DNA of 64,000 nucleotides, from the IMG/VR virus record IMGVR_UViG_3300043446_005562, positions 188,619-252,618 of that record, one strand, 5' to 3'. Shown in pieces: positions 20,357 through 28,617 of this stretch. A model generated the notes under the pieces. It saw only the letters and a list, made by a program, of their open reading frames with translations, was not told where the DNA came from and made no database searches. The stretch's first letter is position 1; each line of letters begins with the position of its first letter. Position numbers and translations under genes: made by a program.

Positions 20357-20625
20357 TTTTCTATAAAGGATTCTCTGGTGATAGCAATAATTCGTTCACG
20401 TTGACTCTTTGTGAGCATGAAACGGTCTTGCCAAATTTGATTTAGTGCAGCGCCAAGCTCTTGCTCGGTATAGGTTGCTCCCGAAAAAGAGGTGGATTCT
20501 GAGGAGTCTTCGCCAAACTCTTCTTTTAATTCTTCGTACAGGTCCTTACGCTCATGGTAGCTAAGTTCGGACAAGACGTCATCGATGTCAACATCGACGT
20601 CAGTAGTAACAGTAATGTAGCTCAT
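20353..20625 (-). CDS. Acidic hypothetical protein
   Basis: First gene after an early-type promoter (TATAAT at 20647-20652). Confidence 0.55.
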   Translation of the reverse strand: MSYITVTTDVDVDIDDVLSELSYHERKDLYEELKEEFGEDSSESTSFSGATYTEQELGAALNQIWQDRFMLTKSQRERIIAITRESFIEK

Positions 20626-20660
20626 AATTAAGATTTTGTCTTAATTATTATACTACAGTT

Positions 20661-20819
20661 TTAGTACTTTAGTTTTTTGGTTTTGGATTTTTTGCTCTTT
20701 TTGGGGTTAAGGCCAAACCAATATGGATTGCCGCTTTGTGCAACTTGAGCCTGTTGCAGGAATCTCTGATAACTTTGAGACTCTTCAATGAAATTTGTGA
20801 ATGATTTGATGTGTTGCAT
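20661..20819 (-). CDS. 52-aa protein with capsid-targeting-like N-terminus and Lys-rich tail (not in ORF track)
   Basis: Manual translation MQHIKSFTNFIEESQSYQRFLQQAQVAQSGNPYWFGLNPKKSKKSKTKKLKY; ATG directly follows the upstream stop. Confidence 0.65.
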   Translation of the reverse strand: MQHIKSFTNFIEESQSYQRFLQQAQVAQSGNPYWFGLNPKKSKKSKTKKLKY

Positions 20820-21221
20820 TTATCCAAATTTACCAAACATCATGGTAACAATAATACCTGCAATTGACGTGACAATGATCCATAAAAATTTGGTCACGGT
20901 GTCCTTCCAATTCATGAGCTCTTTGTGTTCGTCAATGATTTTGGAATAGTCACGTTCTGCATCCTCCTTCTTCTTTCTGAATTCGGTGTTCTTATTGACC
21001 CTAACCACAAGGCCATCCTCTGGATCGAGTAGCTGCTTTTTGATTAGTCTTAAATCGTCGTGCATGTCTTCCTGAGAAGACTCTATTGAGGCAATTTTTT
21101 CCTGAATTACCTTTATTTCGCCATTAGGCATTTTGGACTTGATTAAATCAAGCGCATCAAGTATTTCATTCATCATGCCATCAACATTACCTTCATGGGA
21201 TCTAGGAGTACGTCCGCTCAT
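20820..21221 (-). CDS. Coiled-coil protein with C-terminal TM helix
   Basis: Heptad-rich body; hydrophobic C-terminus. Confidence 0.6.
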   Translation of the reverse strand: MSGRTPRSHEGNVDGMMNEILDALDLIKSKMPNGEIKVIQEKIASIESSQEDMHDDLRLIKKQLLDPEDGLVVRVNKNTEFRKKKEDAERDYSKIIDEHKELMNWKDTVTKFLWIIVTSIAGIIVTMMFGKFG

Positions 21222-21245
21222 GGTATTATCGAAATAGTAATTTTA

Positions 21246-21566
21246 TTACATTAGGTCAGGATTCTGACCGTCATTGTCTTGAACATCGTTTGCATCAGTA
21301 GCTTCTTCGCCAGTCTCTGCTTGATCATCTTGGGCACCGGTTTCTACCTCAGTTTCAGTATTAACTGGCTCGTCCATCATCATTAGATTAGGTTCCATTG
21401 GTTGTTGTTCATGACCCATTGGCTCTTGCGCAGGTGCAGGCAATTCCATGTGACCGTGTGGTTGATCCATGTGAATGTTTGCATCAGCTGAAGGTTGATT
21501 ATCTAATCCTTGAGACACGAAATCTTCAAAGCTAAGAATTCTACTTTTTGGTTGTGAATTTTCCAT
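21246..21566 (-). CDS. Acidic low-complexity protein with capsid-targeting-like motif
   Basis: SRILSFEDFVSQ; GATAAATA at 21589-21596. Confidence 0.6.
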   Translation of the reverse strand: MENSQPKSRILSFEDFVSQGLDNQPSADANIHMDQPHGHMELPAPAQEPMGHEQQPMEPNLMMMDEPVNTETEVETGAQDDQAETGEEATDANDVQDNDGQNPDLM

Positions 21567-21638
21567 TATTGGATGGGTAATTTTTGTTTATTTATCTGTA
21601 AGGGTCGGAACAATTTGAGCCTCGCTCTTGTCAAATTG

Positions 21639-22415
21639 TTAAGAATTAAGTTCGGTTCCGCAACTTGGGCAGAACTTCCAATTACTCTTTTTTATTCTGG
21701 CGCCGCAACCTGTGCAATAGCTACGGATTTCACCAACTTCTACCGGTTTTTGGCTCTGCGGTAGAATCTTATAATGATACACCGAGCATGCCCATGAATT
21801 AAATGAACCGTATCCGTTGATAAAACTTTGATCGGATTTTGCGCCCTTTTCAACACGGCCAGTTTCAATAGATCCAGCCGGCGGTACTGTCGCACTGCTA
21901 GTTAAAGATAAGGTTCCGATTGAACCGGAATTCATTGAACAGTACACGGTGTTTACTGTTGAGCCAGCGTAAGACAAATTGGTGGTCCAGCTTGGATTTG
22001 CGTATTGCGCGTACAGGTTAGGTGAGTCTACTTCAGAATAGAAATCAACCTTTACGTTGCCGTTGTTTGCGATTGCCATCTTGACCTCAGCCGATTCCTC
22101 AACATCATAGGTTGAAAATTTAAACTTACGATCTTCATCGATGAATCTTTCCAGATAGACTCTTTGGCCGGGATTCACAATGATTCCTCCGCTGGATATG
22201 AGTCGGCCGTTAATGCTAATCTTGGCTAGAACCTTTACGTTTTTTGGATTGAATAATTCTATCTCAAAATGAGATTCGTCCTTTAGGTACACGGTTGATC
22301 CGCTGTACACCTTTAGACGATTTTTGCTCTTTGTAATGTGAGCTTCAGGTTTTGGGTCATAGTTCGAATAGGTAAGTGAACTGCCCAAATTTAGGGTGTT
22401 TGTTTGTTGGTACAT
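21639..22415 (-). CDS. Hypothetical protein with C-terminal double zinc ribbon
   Basis: YCTGCG...FCPSCG. Confidence 0.65.
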   Translation of the reverse strand: MYQQTNTLNLGSSLTYSNYDPKPEAHITKSKNRLKVYSGSTVYLKDESHFEIELFNPKNVKVLAKISINGRLISSGGIIVNPGQRVYLERFIDEDRKFKFSTYDVEESAEVKMAIANNGNVKVDFYSEVDSPNLYAQYANPSWTTNLSYAGSTVNTVYCSMNSGSIGTLSLTSSATVPPAGSIETGRVEKGAKSDQSFINGYGSFNSWACSVYHYKILPQSQKPVEVGEIRSYCTGCGARIKKSNWKFCPSCGTELNS

Positions 22416-22549
22416 AGTAGTTATGTTATTTTTTGCTCATCTCTTTGTAACCCTTATTGATTACTCAAAGGCCCGCGGACCCGAGACGAACAGAGCGAGG
22501 CTCTATGTTCCAATAATATTTATACTAAAATCCAAAAAAGGTTTTGGAT

Positions 22550-22626
22550 TGGCGATCCCGACAGGATTCGAACCTGTGGCCCACAGATTAGAAATCTGTT
22601 GCTCTATCCAACTGAGCTACGGGACC
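22550..22626 (-). tRNA. tRNA-Arg(TCT)
   Basis: Cloverleaf; anticodon arm ACAGA-tttctaa-TCTGT; encoded CCA. Confidence 0.95.
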
Positions 22627-22650
22627 ATTGTTTAATTAATATACTATTTG

Positions 22651-22731
22651 TACCTCGGGTGGGACTCGAACCCACAAGCATTTCGCACTCGATCTTAAGC
22701 CGAGCGTGTTTACCAATTTCACCACCGAGGC
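22651..22731 (-). tRNA. tRNA-Leu(TAA)
   Basis: CTCGG-cttaaga-TCGAG, long variable arm, GTTCGAGTC. Confidence 0.95.
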
Positions 22732-22732
22732 A

Positions 22733-22809
22733 TGGGGTGACGGAGGGGAATCGAACCCCCGACCTTCTGAACCACAATCAGACGCTCTAACCTGCTGAGC
22801 TACCGCCAC
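22733..22809 (-). tRNA. tRNA-His(GTG)
   Basis: TCTGA-ttgtggt-TCAGA; C73 plus CCA. Confidence 0.95.
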
Positions 22810-22811
22810 AG

Positions 22812-22881
22812 AGGTCAATGTTGGAATCGAACCAACTCCGTGGGATTTGCAGTCCCATTGGCCTCCACGACCGAACTGACC
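22812..22881 (-). tRNA. tRNA-Cys(GCA)
   Basis: TGGGA-ctgcaaa-TCCCA; U73; short D-loop. Confidence 0.9.
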
Positions 22882-22885
22882 TAAT

Positions 22886-22920
22886 AAAAAATGGGGCTTA
22901 AACTTGCGCTTAAGCCCCAT
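22886..22920 (-). terminator. Intrinsic terminator immediately upstream of tRNA-Cys (attenuator terminator)
   Basis: ATGGGGCTTAAGC-gcaa-GTTTAAGCCCCAT then TTTTT. Confidence 0.85.
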
Positions 22921-22944
22921 GTAAGGTTTTAGTTTTCCATCACA

Positions 22945-23016
22945 TCACGACTTAAGTCCCTCAGATCTAGATCTGTGAGTACATAAACTTAATCGATGTA
23001 ATGATAAGGTTTTCAT
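22945..23016 (-). CDS. Putative leader peptide of the Cys/His/Leu/Arg tRNA operon
   Basis: MKTLSLHRLSLCTHRSRSEGLKS; ATG 6 nt after a -10 box; 4 TTA, 2 AGA, TGT, CAT and CAC codons. Confidence 0.7.
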   Translation of the reverse strand: MKTLSLHRLSLCTHRSRSEGLKS

Positions 23017-23022
23017 GTTAAT

Positions 23023-23050
23023 AATATACTATAAAATTGCTTTTCGGTTT
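23023..23050 (-). promoter_or_regulatory. Early-type promoter AAACC-N17-TATATT
   Basis: Matches the recurring window-wide motif AAAC(C/T)-N16-18-TATAAT. Confidence 0.6.
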
Positions 23051-24259
23051 TTATTTATTATCGGACCTGCCTAATTTACGTTTCACAGCTTCTCTGGTTT
23101 TTTCCATCTTTGCTGCGTAACTTGGATTCTTCTTTTTATTAAAATTAATCTGTTGATTTAGTGAACCTGATATTTTTTGTAGGTTCCTGCCTCTAGTTTT
23201 AATTAACCAATTAGCTAATGCATTTACTCCAAGTTCTTTAAATTTGCCGTTTGCGTCTGGTGCGTTAGAATCATGCCATTCAAGTCGCTTCTTTTCGGAT
23301 ACTGCATAATTATCTTCAATTGCTTGATCTACGATTTGTTCAATTTGAGCATCCGTAAATCCTAGATTTAACATAGGCTGTCTGAAAGACCATTTTAATT
23401 TATGAGTGAGTCTCTGTTTAATTTGTTCGGGAGTGGTTGCATAGTATCTAGTATCTCTGTGATTCACAAATACTTTACATACGGCTTTAACTCGACGAAC
23501 CATCTTCATTGGCTCTTTAATCAACTGTGCCATTCTTGAGGCTTTACCCTCATCGAATCCATAGCTGTTGAATAGACCATTCGCTCTCATCATGTCCTTT
23601 TCTTCAGGCTGAACTGCTTCAACGTCGATAAAATTGTTACTAGCTAAACCTAGTGCTTTTAATCTATTGTAATTACGTTGCTGATTTTCACGAATCTCTG
23701 ACATTCTTTGAAATTCTGAGAGTATTCGTTGACTGCGATCGTATTCTTCTCCTCCGTATTTTCCCGAATAGTAGGCAAGAACTGAAACTCCATTCATTAG
23801 ATCAGAATATGCAGATACTCTTGTTGTATCAGGATCCTTCTTCTGTAGAGAAATAATATCTAACAGAATATCTTCTAGGAAATCTAGCGCCGAGTTTGCA
23901 TTAATTTGAGCTGGCTCGCTTTCAAGATCATCGTCCTCAATAATATTAACGTAATTTGTAACTTGATCCGCCAATTGTTTTACTTCAGCCTCTGTGTTAG
24001 GCATCTCGGTGTTAACTGAAGATTTTTTAATCTTCTTTAGCGAAAATACTGGAACCTTTGCAATGGTTCCGTTGCTGCCTGTAAATTTGATTTTTGCGAA
24101 CTCTCCATCAATTGATAATAATTGACCGTGACCACGATAAGTATCAACCCAATCCCCAGGTTCTAATTCTGGATTGTCCTCGTTCTTTGCAAACTCTGAG
24201 TCAGGGTCTTGTAAAAATTTATCAAGATCGAAATCTTCGAATAGTTTAACGTGTTTCAT
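23051..24259 (-). CDS. Multi-module late protein with capsid-targeting-like N-terminus
   Basis: MKHVKLFEDF; internal NYNRLKALGL. Confidence 0.65.
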   Translation of the reverse strand: MKHVKLFEDFDLDKFLQDPDSEFAKNEDNPELEPGDWVDTYRGHGQLLSIDGEFAKIKFTGSNGTIAKVPVFSLKKIKKSSVNTEMPNTEAEVKQLADQVTNYVNIIEDDDLESEPAQINANSALDFLEDILLDIISLQKKDPDTTRVSAYSDLMNGVSVLAYYSGKYGGEEYDRSQRILSEFQRMSEIRENQQRNYNRLKALGLASNNFIDVEAVQPEEKDMMRANGLFNSYGFDEGKASRMAQLIKEPMKMVRRVKAVCKVFVNHRDTRYYATTPEQIKQRLTHKLKWSFRQPMLNLGFTDAQIEQIVDQAIEDNYAVSEKKRLEWHDSNAPDANGKFKELGVNALANWLIKTRGRNLQKISGSLNQQINFNKKKNPSYAAKMEKTREAVKRKLGRSDNK

Positions 24260-24653
24260 TGTACTTAATGATCAGTTCTCCTAAAACTTCAATTTTTCCA
24301 ACGATTCTTTGAAAGTCCATCTGCTTTAGCGCAATGGCTTTAGTTGAACCGTCAATTGATGTTAGATGCTCCGATAATTCTTTTTTGGCCTCAGCTAGAT
24401 TGAATTTTCCAGCTGCAGCTTTTTGATAGTATGGAAGTTTAACTTTAAAATGCTGATACGTCAAGAGGGCATCGCCGCCCTTTTCCTTGGCATTCTGAGC
24501 AATCTTTGAGGCTCCGCCCAAACGATTCTTTGCGAACTGTTCAAGAGTTTCAACCTGTTTGGCTTCATGCAGAGCATTGAAATCCATGAATGTTGTAGCA
24601 ATCTTGGTCTTCGGTAAGGTCTTTTGGTGTAATTCCCAGTTAATAATTGACAT
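24246..24653 (-). CDS. Hypothetical late protein
   Basis: TATAAATA at 24673-24680; TFMDFNALHE. Confidence 0.6.
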   Translation of the reverse strand: MSIINWELHQKTLPKTKIATTFMDFNALHEAKQVETLEQFAKNRLGGASKIAQNAKEKGGDALLTYQHFKVKLPYYQKAAAGKFNLAEAKKELSEHLTSIDGSTKAIALKQMDFQRIVGKIEVLGELIIKYNETR

Positions 24654-24671
24654 CAGCTTGACTAGTTTAGG

Positions 24672-26408
24672 TTATTTATACTCAACCTTGACTCTAGACC
24701 TGAACTCCGGTGGAAATTGGGTGCCGGCGTTCTTGAAAAGATCAGAAAAACAGCCGTCTATTAGATAGGTTACTGCCCAGTCTTCTGGGGTTCTGATTGA
24801 TCGTCCAACTCCCTGTAAAACCGAGACTGACGTCTTCCAGTTATACCATTTTTGAGAATAGTTTAGCTTGGCAGCAACGTACTTGTCACCAAGATGAGGA
24901 TACGGCACCTTTAAGAAGATTTGAAATCTGGACAGGTCGTCTACTAGATTTAGACCCTCAAGTAGAGATGGACCCATTGCAACGAGTCCACGAGTCTTCT
25001 TCATCTTCTTGAGCATCTTCTCCTTTTCATCAGAGCCTTTGTAGAGCAGCACTCTTTTTCTAAGCTCCTTAGGCAGATTCTTCCAAACCTTTTGACCAAG
25101 CTCATAGGAGCCGGTGTGAATGATGCCGGACTCGGTCGAATGAGTCTTTAGAATTTCCGAAACTCGATTGACTGCCCATTCTAAATTATCGGCCAGAAAT
25201 CTGGCTGACAATTTTTTACCCGGATAGAAAAAGATCGGCGACTTATCCCATTTAAAATGAGTCTCAATCTTGAAGTACTTTGCGGCCTTGATACCGTGAT
25301 TTCGCATAAAGTCTTGGGTGTTTCCCATCGTAGCGGTCATCAGCAGTTTAAAGCCGAATTTATTAAAGAAGTGCTTGTGTAGTAGGTAGTATTCGTCAAT
25401 GCAATTGAACGTGATTGAGGTTTCGCCCGGGTTCTTAACCATTTTTTCAAGACCGGTCTTCTCGATTATTTCGCAATAGTCTTCAAGCTTACAGTGAACG
25501 TCCTTTAACCAATCTGTTAAGTTAAAAGTTGCCAACCAATCCTGTGGAACATCGTTCTCTCCAAACTCCTTACCTGCAACCTCCCGAATGTCGGCAGTTG
25601 CCTTAACAAGTCCACCCAAGATTTTTGTTATCTCTTTTAGGTGAGCTAGGATAACGGCGGGTGCCTCCTCTAAATAGATCTCCTCAATGTTCTTTTTGAG
25701 TCCAATTAGATTAACACTGGGCACCTTAAGTCCCAAGTCACCAATGTTCTCAAGAGTCTTCTCAACCTTTTTGTAAATGTCATGGGAAACGATTGGGCTA
25801 AAATGACTCTGTACAATGTCTAGTAGCTTATGAGCCTCATCACAGACCACAAAGTCTCTTTGTGGAAATGGGGAGCCTTTGCCCTTGCCCTGCTGCTGTT
25901 GCTCAACGTAGTTTCTCTGAATTAGTGCGTACGGATAGGTGAGTAGCGCAACTGGCGATTTTATTGCCTTTTTTCTGGCAGTTAAGTATCCGCACTGTTT
26001 AAAACAAGGTAGCGATTCTGCAGCTTCGTATGATATGCCCTTGCTCTTACAGTCGCCGACCGAAAAACGTTCTCCGTTAACCGCGCATTCATAGTTATCA
26101 ACTCCCTTAATATTACCCCAATTCCAGAGCTGCATGCCTCGAAAGTCTTTGACGTACTGCTCATGTAGAGCCAGATCGGATGCAAGAATATAGCCGCGGT
26201 TGCCTTTGAAGGCCAGAAAATCAGCAAAAAGCATTGCAATGACGGATTTACCCGAACCAGTCGGTGCGTCTAACAGAAAGATTCCATTTGGATCTTCGTC
26301 GTATGCTTCAATTATTGAGAGAATTGCCTCTTTCTGCTGGGGTCTAAACTCAAACATTGGATGTTTACCCTTGACAAATTGTTCAAATTCAGCCTTTAAA
26401 TTACTCAT
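24672..26408 (-). CDS. DinG/XPD-like SF2 helicase
   Basis: FRPQQ, APTGSGKS, CDEAH, MTAT, KVPYP, QGVGRSIR; Cys residues consistent with an Fe-S domain. Confidence 0.85.
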   Translation of the reverse strand: MSNLKAEFEQFVKGKHPMFEFRPQQKEAILSIIEAYDEDPNGIFLLDAPTGSGKSVIAMLFADFLAFKGNRGYILASDLALHEQYVKDFRGMQLWNWGNIKGVDNYECAVNGERFSVGDCKSKGISYEAAESLPCFKQCGYLTARKKAIKSPVALLTYPYALIQRNYVEQQQQGKGKGSPFPQRDFVVCDEAHKLLDIVQSHFSPIVSHDIYKKVEKTLENIGDLGLKVPSVNLIGLKKNIEEIYLEEAPAVILAHLKEITKILGGLVKATADIREVAGKEFGENDVPQDWLATFNLTDWLKDVHCKLEDYCEIIEKTGLEKMVKNPGETSITFNCIDEYYLLHKHFFNKFGFKLLMTATMGNTQDFMRNHGIKAAKYFKIETHFKWDKSPIFFYPGKKLSARFLADNLEWAVNRVSEILKTHSTESGIIHTGSYELGQKVWKNLPKELRKRVLLYKGSDEKEKMLKKMKKTRGLVAMGPSLLEGLNLVDDLSRFQIFLKVPYPHLGDKYVAAKLNYSQKWYNWKTSVSVLQGVGRSIRTPEDWAVTYLIDGCFSDLFKNAGTQFPPEFRSRVKVEYK

Positions 26409-27121
26409 TATTTCCAGTAGTTTTGGTCCTTGTAAAAATAGGATTCGTTATTGCGATTAAGCCAATTTCTAAAAACCAGGCCTATCATTTTAAAGTACCC
26501 GTATCTTTTAAACCTTCGATTATCCTGCGTAATTAAATCCGGTACGAGCTTGAATTTTTTTGGCTTGATCTTTCGACTTAGCAGCCAATCTTCGCTTTGA
26601 TGAGCGGCTTCGTCAAATCCTCCAAGTTCTAAAAATATGAGTCGCCTAACGAGTATAAAACCGCCTATTGCAAACGGTTTCGTTTTGGAAAGGTACCATG
26701 TGACTAGTCGATTAATGCTAAATATTAATTTAGCTCGAATGTCAAACTCACCACGATATTTTGGACAAGTTCCAATCATTGCCAAATTTTCATTCATTAA
26801 GCAGGTTAGCGCTCGTGAGACGACCGTTTTATCAGTAAATGTAATATCCGCATCAATGAACAGCAGATATGGTGTGGTAGCGAGGTCCGCGCCGGCATTA
26901 CGGCCAACCGCCGGTAATCCTCCCTTAACTATCTCAACTCTTAGATCAAGTTGCTTCTTTAACTTTTCAATGATGCTGAGGGTTGAGTCAACTGAGCCAG
27001 CGTCCGCAATTATTATTCTCACGCCTTCCGTACCAAGCTGTCTTTTAATATGTCGAAGAGTTCTGCCAATATAGAGCTCTTCGTTGTAGCATGGAATGAC
27101 GATTGTGAGCAGATCCTGCAT
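26408..27121 (-). CDS. Glycosyltransferase family 2
   Basis: IVIPCYNEE, DAGSVD, GRNAGA, FIDAD, GGFDE, SED. Confidence 0.9.
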   Translation of the reverse strand: MQDLLTIVIPCYNEELYIGRTLRHIKRQLGTEGVRIIIADAGSVDSTLSIIEKLKKQLDLRVEIVKGGLPAVGRNAGADLATTPYLLFIDADITFTDKTVVSRALTCLMNENLAMIGTCPKYRGEFDIRAKLIFSINRLVTWYLSKTKPFAIGGFILVRRLIFLELGGFDEAAHQSEDWLLSRKIKPKKFKLVPDLITQDNRRFKRYGYFKMIGLVFRNWLNRNNESYFYKDQNYWK

Positions 27122-27816
27122 TAGATGAATAGGGTTAATTTTTGAGAATTTAGATTAAATCCAGAAGTTTCGTATATTACGTACGAAGTATTTTCAATCC
27201 AGTCACCGGTATTTAGATAGCGAACTCCATCGATCTGTTTGTCGGCCGGCGTATGAATGTGACCGCAGATAACCGTATGACAATTTCTCTTTTTTGCTTG
27301 CCTTACCATTTCATTTTCAAAGTCGGTCATGAAAGAGATAGCCGCTTTGACATTATCCTTTAGGTATTTGGATAGGCTTGTCTTTTTATTAAACTTCTTT
27401 AGTAGTCTATCGATTACTATTGCTAAATCGTAACCGATTGAGCCAAGCATGCCTAACCAGTGCATCTTTACAATACCATCATAGCGATCACCATGACAAA
27501 ACCAGATACCGGCCTCACAAAATTCGTCAACTACCTTTATTCCACCTATCGTAACTGGTAAATATTCTCTAAGAAATTCATCGTGATTGCCAGCGATCCA
27601 GATAACCTCATGCTCCTTTGAGACCTTTAATAACTTTCTAATGAGGCGAGTGTGTTCAACCGAAAATTTCTTGTACTTTTTAAACAACCAACCGTCAATT
27701 ATATCGCCGACCAGAATCAATCGGTCGAATTCGGTATTTTTTAGTAGTGCTATTACACCCTCGGTATTACAACCTTTAGAGCCAATGTGAACGTCCGATA
27801 TTACTAGAGTTTTCAT
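27121..27816 (-). CDS. LpxH-like (UDP-2,3-diacylglucosamine hydrolase family) metallophosphoesterase
   Basis: SDVHIG, GDIIDGW, GNHD, HGD, CGHIH, YLNTGDW. Confidence 0.8.
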   Translation of the reverse strand: MKTLVISDVHIGSKGCNTEGVIALLKNTEFDRLILVGDIIDGWLFKKYKKFSVEHTRLIRKLLKVSKEHEVIWIAGNHDEFLREYLPVTIGGIKVVDEFCEAGIWFCHGDRYDGIVKMHWLGMLGSIGYDLAIVIDRLLKKFNKKTSLSKYLKDNVKAAISFMTDFENEMVRQAKKRNCHTVICGHIHTPADKQIDGVRYLNTGDWIENTSYVIYETSGFNLNSQKLTLFI

Positions 27817-27818
27817 AA

Positions 27819-28130
27819 TTAATCCTTTTCCCAGCCTTCCTCGGCATGGTCATATTCACAGCAGGGAAACTGTCGACCCTTATCGTCAACGTGAGTCCAA
27901 ACCTTGCCTTCCTTAATCCATACCCAAGGTTCATCCGATTTTCCCGGAAGTTCAGGTCTTTCTAAAGGCGGATGATAGGCATTTACGTCAGTGTGTCTGT
28001 GATTACATTCACAACCTCTTGGAACGCAATCATCACAAGAATAGTCGTTCTCTTTGCTTGAATATCCGGGCAAGTAAACCCAGGTTGCGATCTTACCGCA
28101 ATCGCATAATTCTTTACCAGCTATCAACAT
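27819..28130 (-). CDS. Cys-rich hypothetical protein
   Basis: CDCG, CDDC, GCEC, PCCE. Confidence 0.55.
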   Translation of the reverse strand: MLIAGKELCDCGKIATWVYLPGYSSKENDYSCDDCVPRGCECNHRHTDVNAYHPPLERPELPGKSDEPWVWIKEGKVWTHVDDKGRQFPCCEYDHAEEGWEKD

Positions 28131-28317
28131 CAGTTAAATCTATTTCAGTTCCAGTTAAATGACTAAAGAGACGTAATTCACTACCAATTCCATTCGGTGT
28201 ACATTTCCAAGTAAGTAGCCCAACCTCACCATATATAGCCTTAATATGACTAATCCATTTATCAAACTTCTTCTGCTGCTTGTCATTTAATTCTATAATT
28301 ATTTGTTTATTTGCCAT
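28114..28317 (-). CDS. Hypothetical protein
   Basis: Packed ORF; TPNGIG...DLTDVDSW. Confidence 0.55.
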   Translation of the reverse strand: MANKQIIIELNDKQQKKFDKWISHIKAIYGEVGLLTWKCTPNGIGSELRLFSHLTGTEIDLTDVDSW

Positions 28318-28334
28318 TGCATGTATTTAAAAAG

Positions 28335-28441
28335 TAGTCGGTCCGGGACTCGAACCCGTATGCTGTTGCCAGCGGGGACTTGTACAATCCCTGTGTCTGT
28401 CCATCGGCAGTTGTACACCTGCTCGCTTTCACCACCCGACT
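28335..28441 (-). ncRNA. Aberrant tRNA-like RNA with enlarged D-arm hairpin
   Basis: Acceptor AGTCGG/CCGACT, T-arm CGGG-ttcgagt-CCCG, variable arm GCTG-gcaa-CAGC, anticodon-like GGGAT-tgtacaa-GTCCC, extra GCAG-gtgtacaa-CTGC. Confidence 0.7.
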
Positions 28442-28447
28442 GAAAAA

Positions 28448-28524
28448 TGGAAGAGGGGGGAATCCAACCCACCGTCACGGCCGTTAGGGCTTGCTCTCAT
28501 GTAGTGTCACTGAGCTACTCTTCC
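28448..28524 (-). ncRNA. Degenerate tRNA-like element
   Basis: Acceptor GGAAGAG/CTCTTCC, D-stem GCTC/GAGC with 15-nt loop, irregular anticodon arm, T-loop TTGGATT. Confidence 0.55.
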
Positions 28525-28528
28525 CTTG

Positions 28529-28606
28529 TACCCTCTGAGAGACTCGAACTCTCACCCGAAGACTAGATCCTAAGTCTAGCGCGTCTACCAATTCCGCCAA
28601 GAGGGC
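28529..28606 (-). tRNA. tRNA-Leu(TAG)
   Basis: CTAGA-cttagga-TCTAG; GGCGGAATTGGTAGACGC D-arm. Confidence 0.95.
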
Positions 28607-28617
28607 ATTCTATGAAA

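Noticed and set aside
28448-28524. Amber-suppressor (CTA) tRNA and stop-codon recoding
   Set aside because: The anticodon arm is too irregular to assign CTA, TAG ends several genes normally (e.g. 30446, 46862), and core genes are intact in the standard code.
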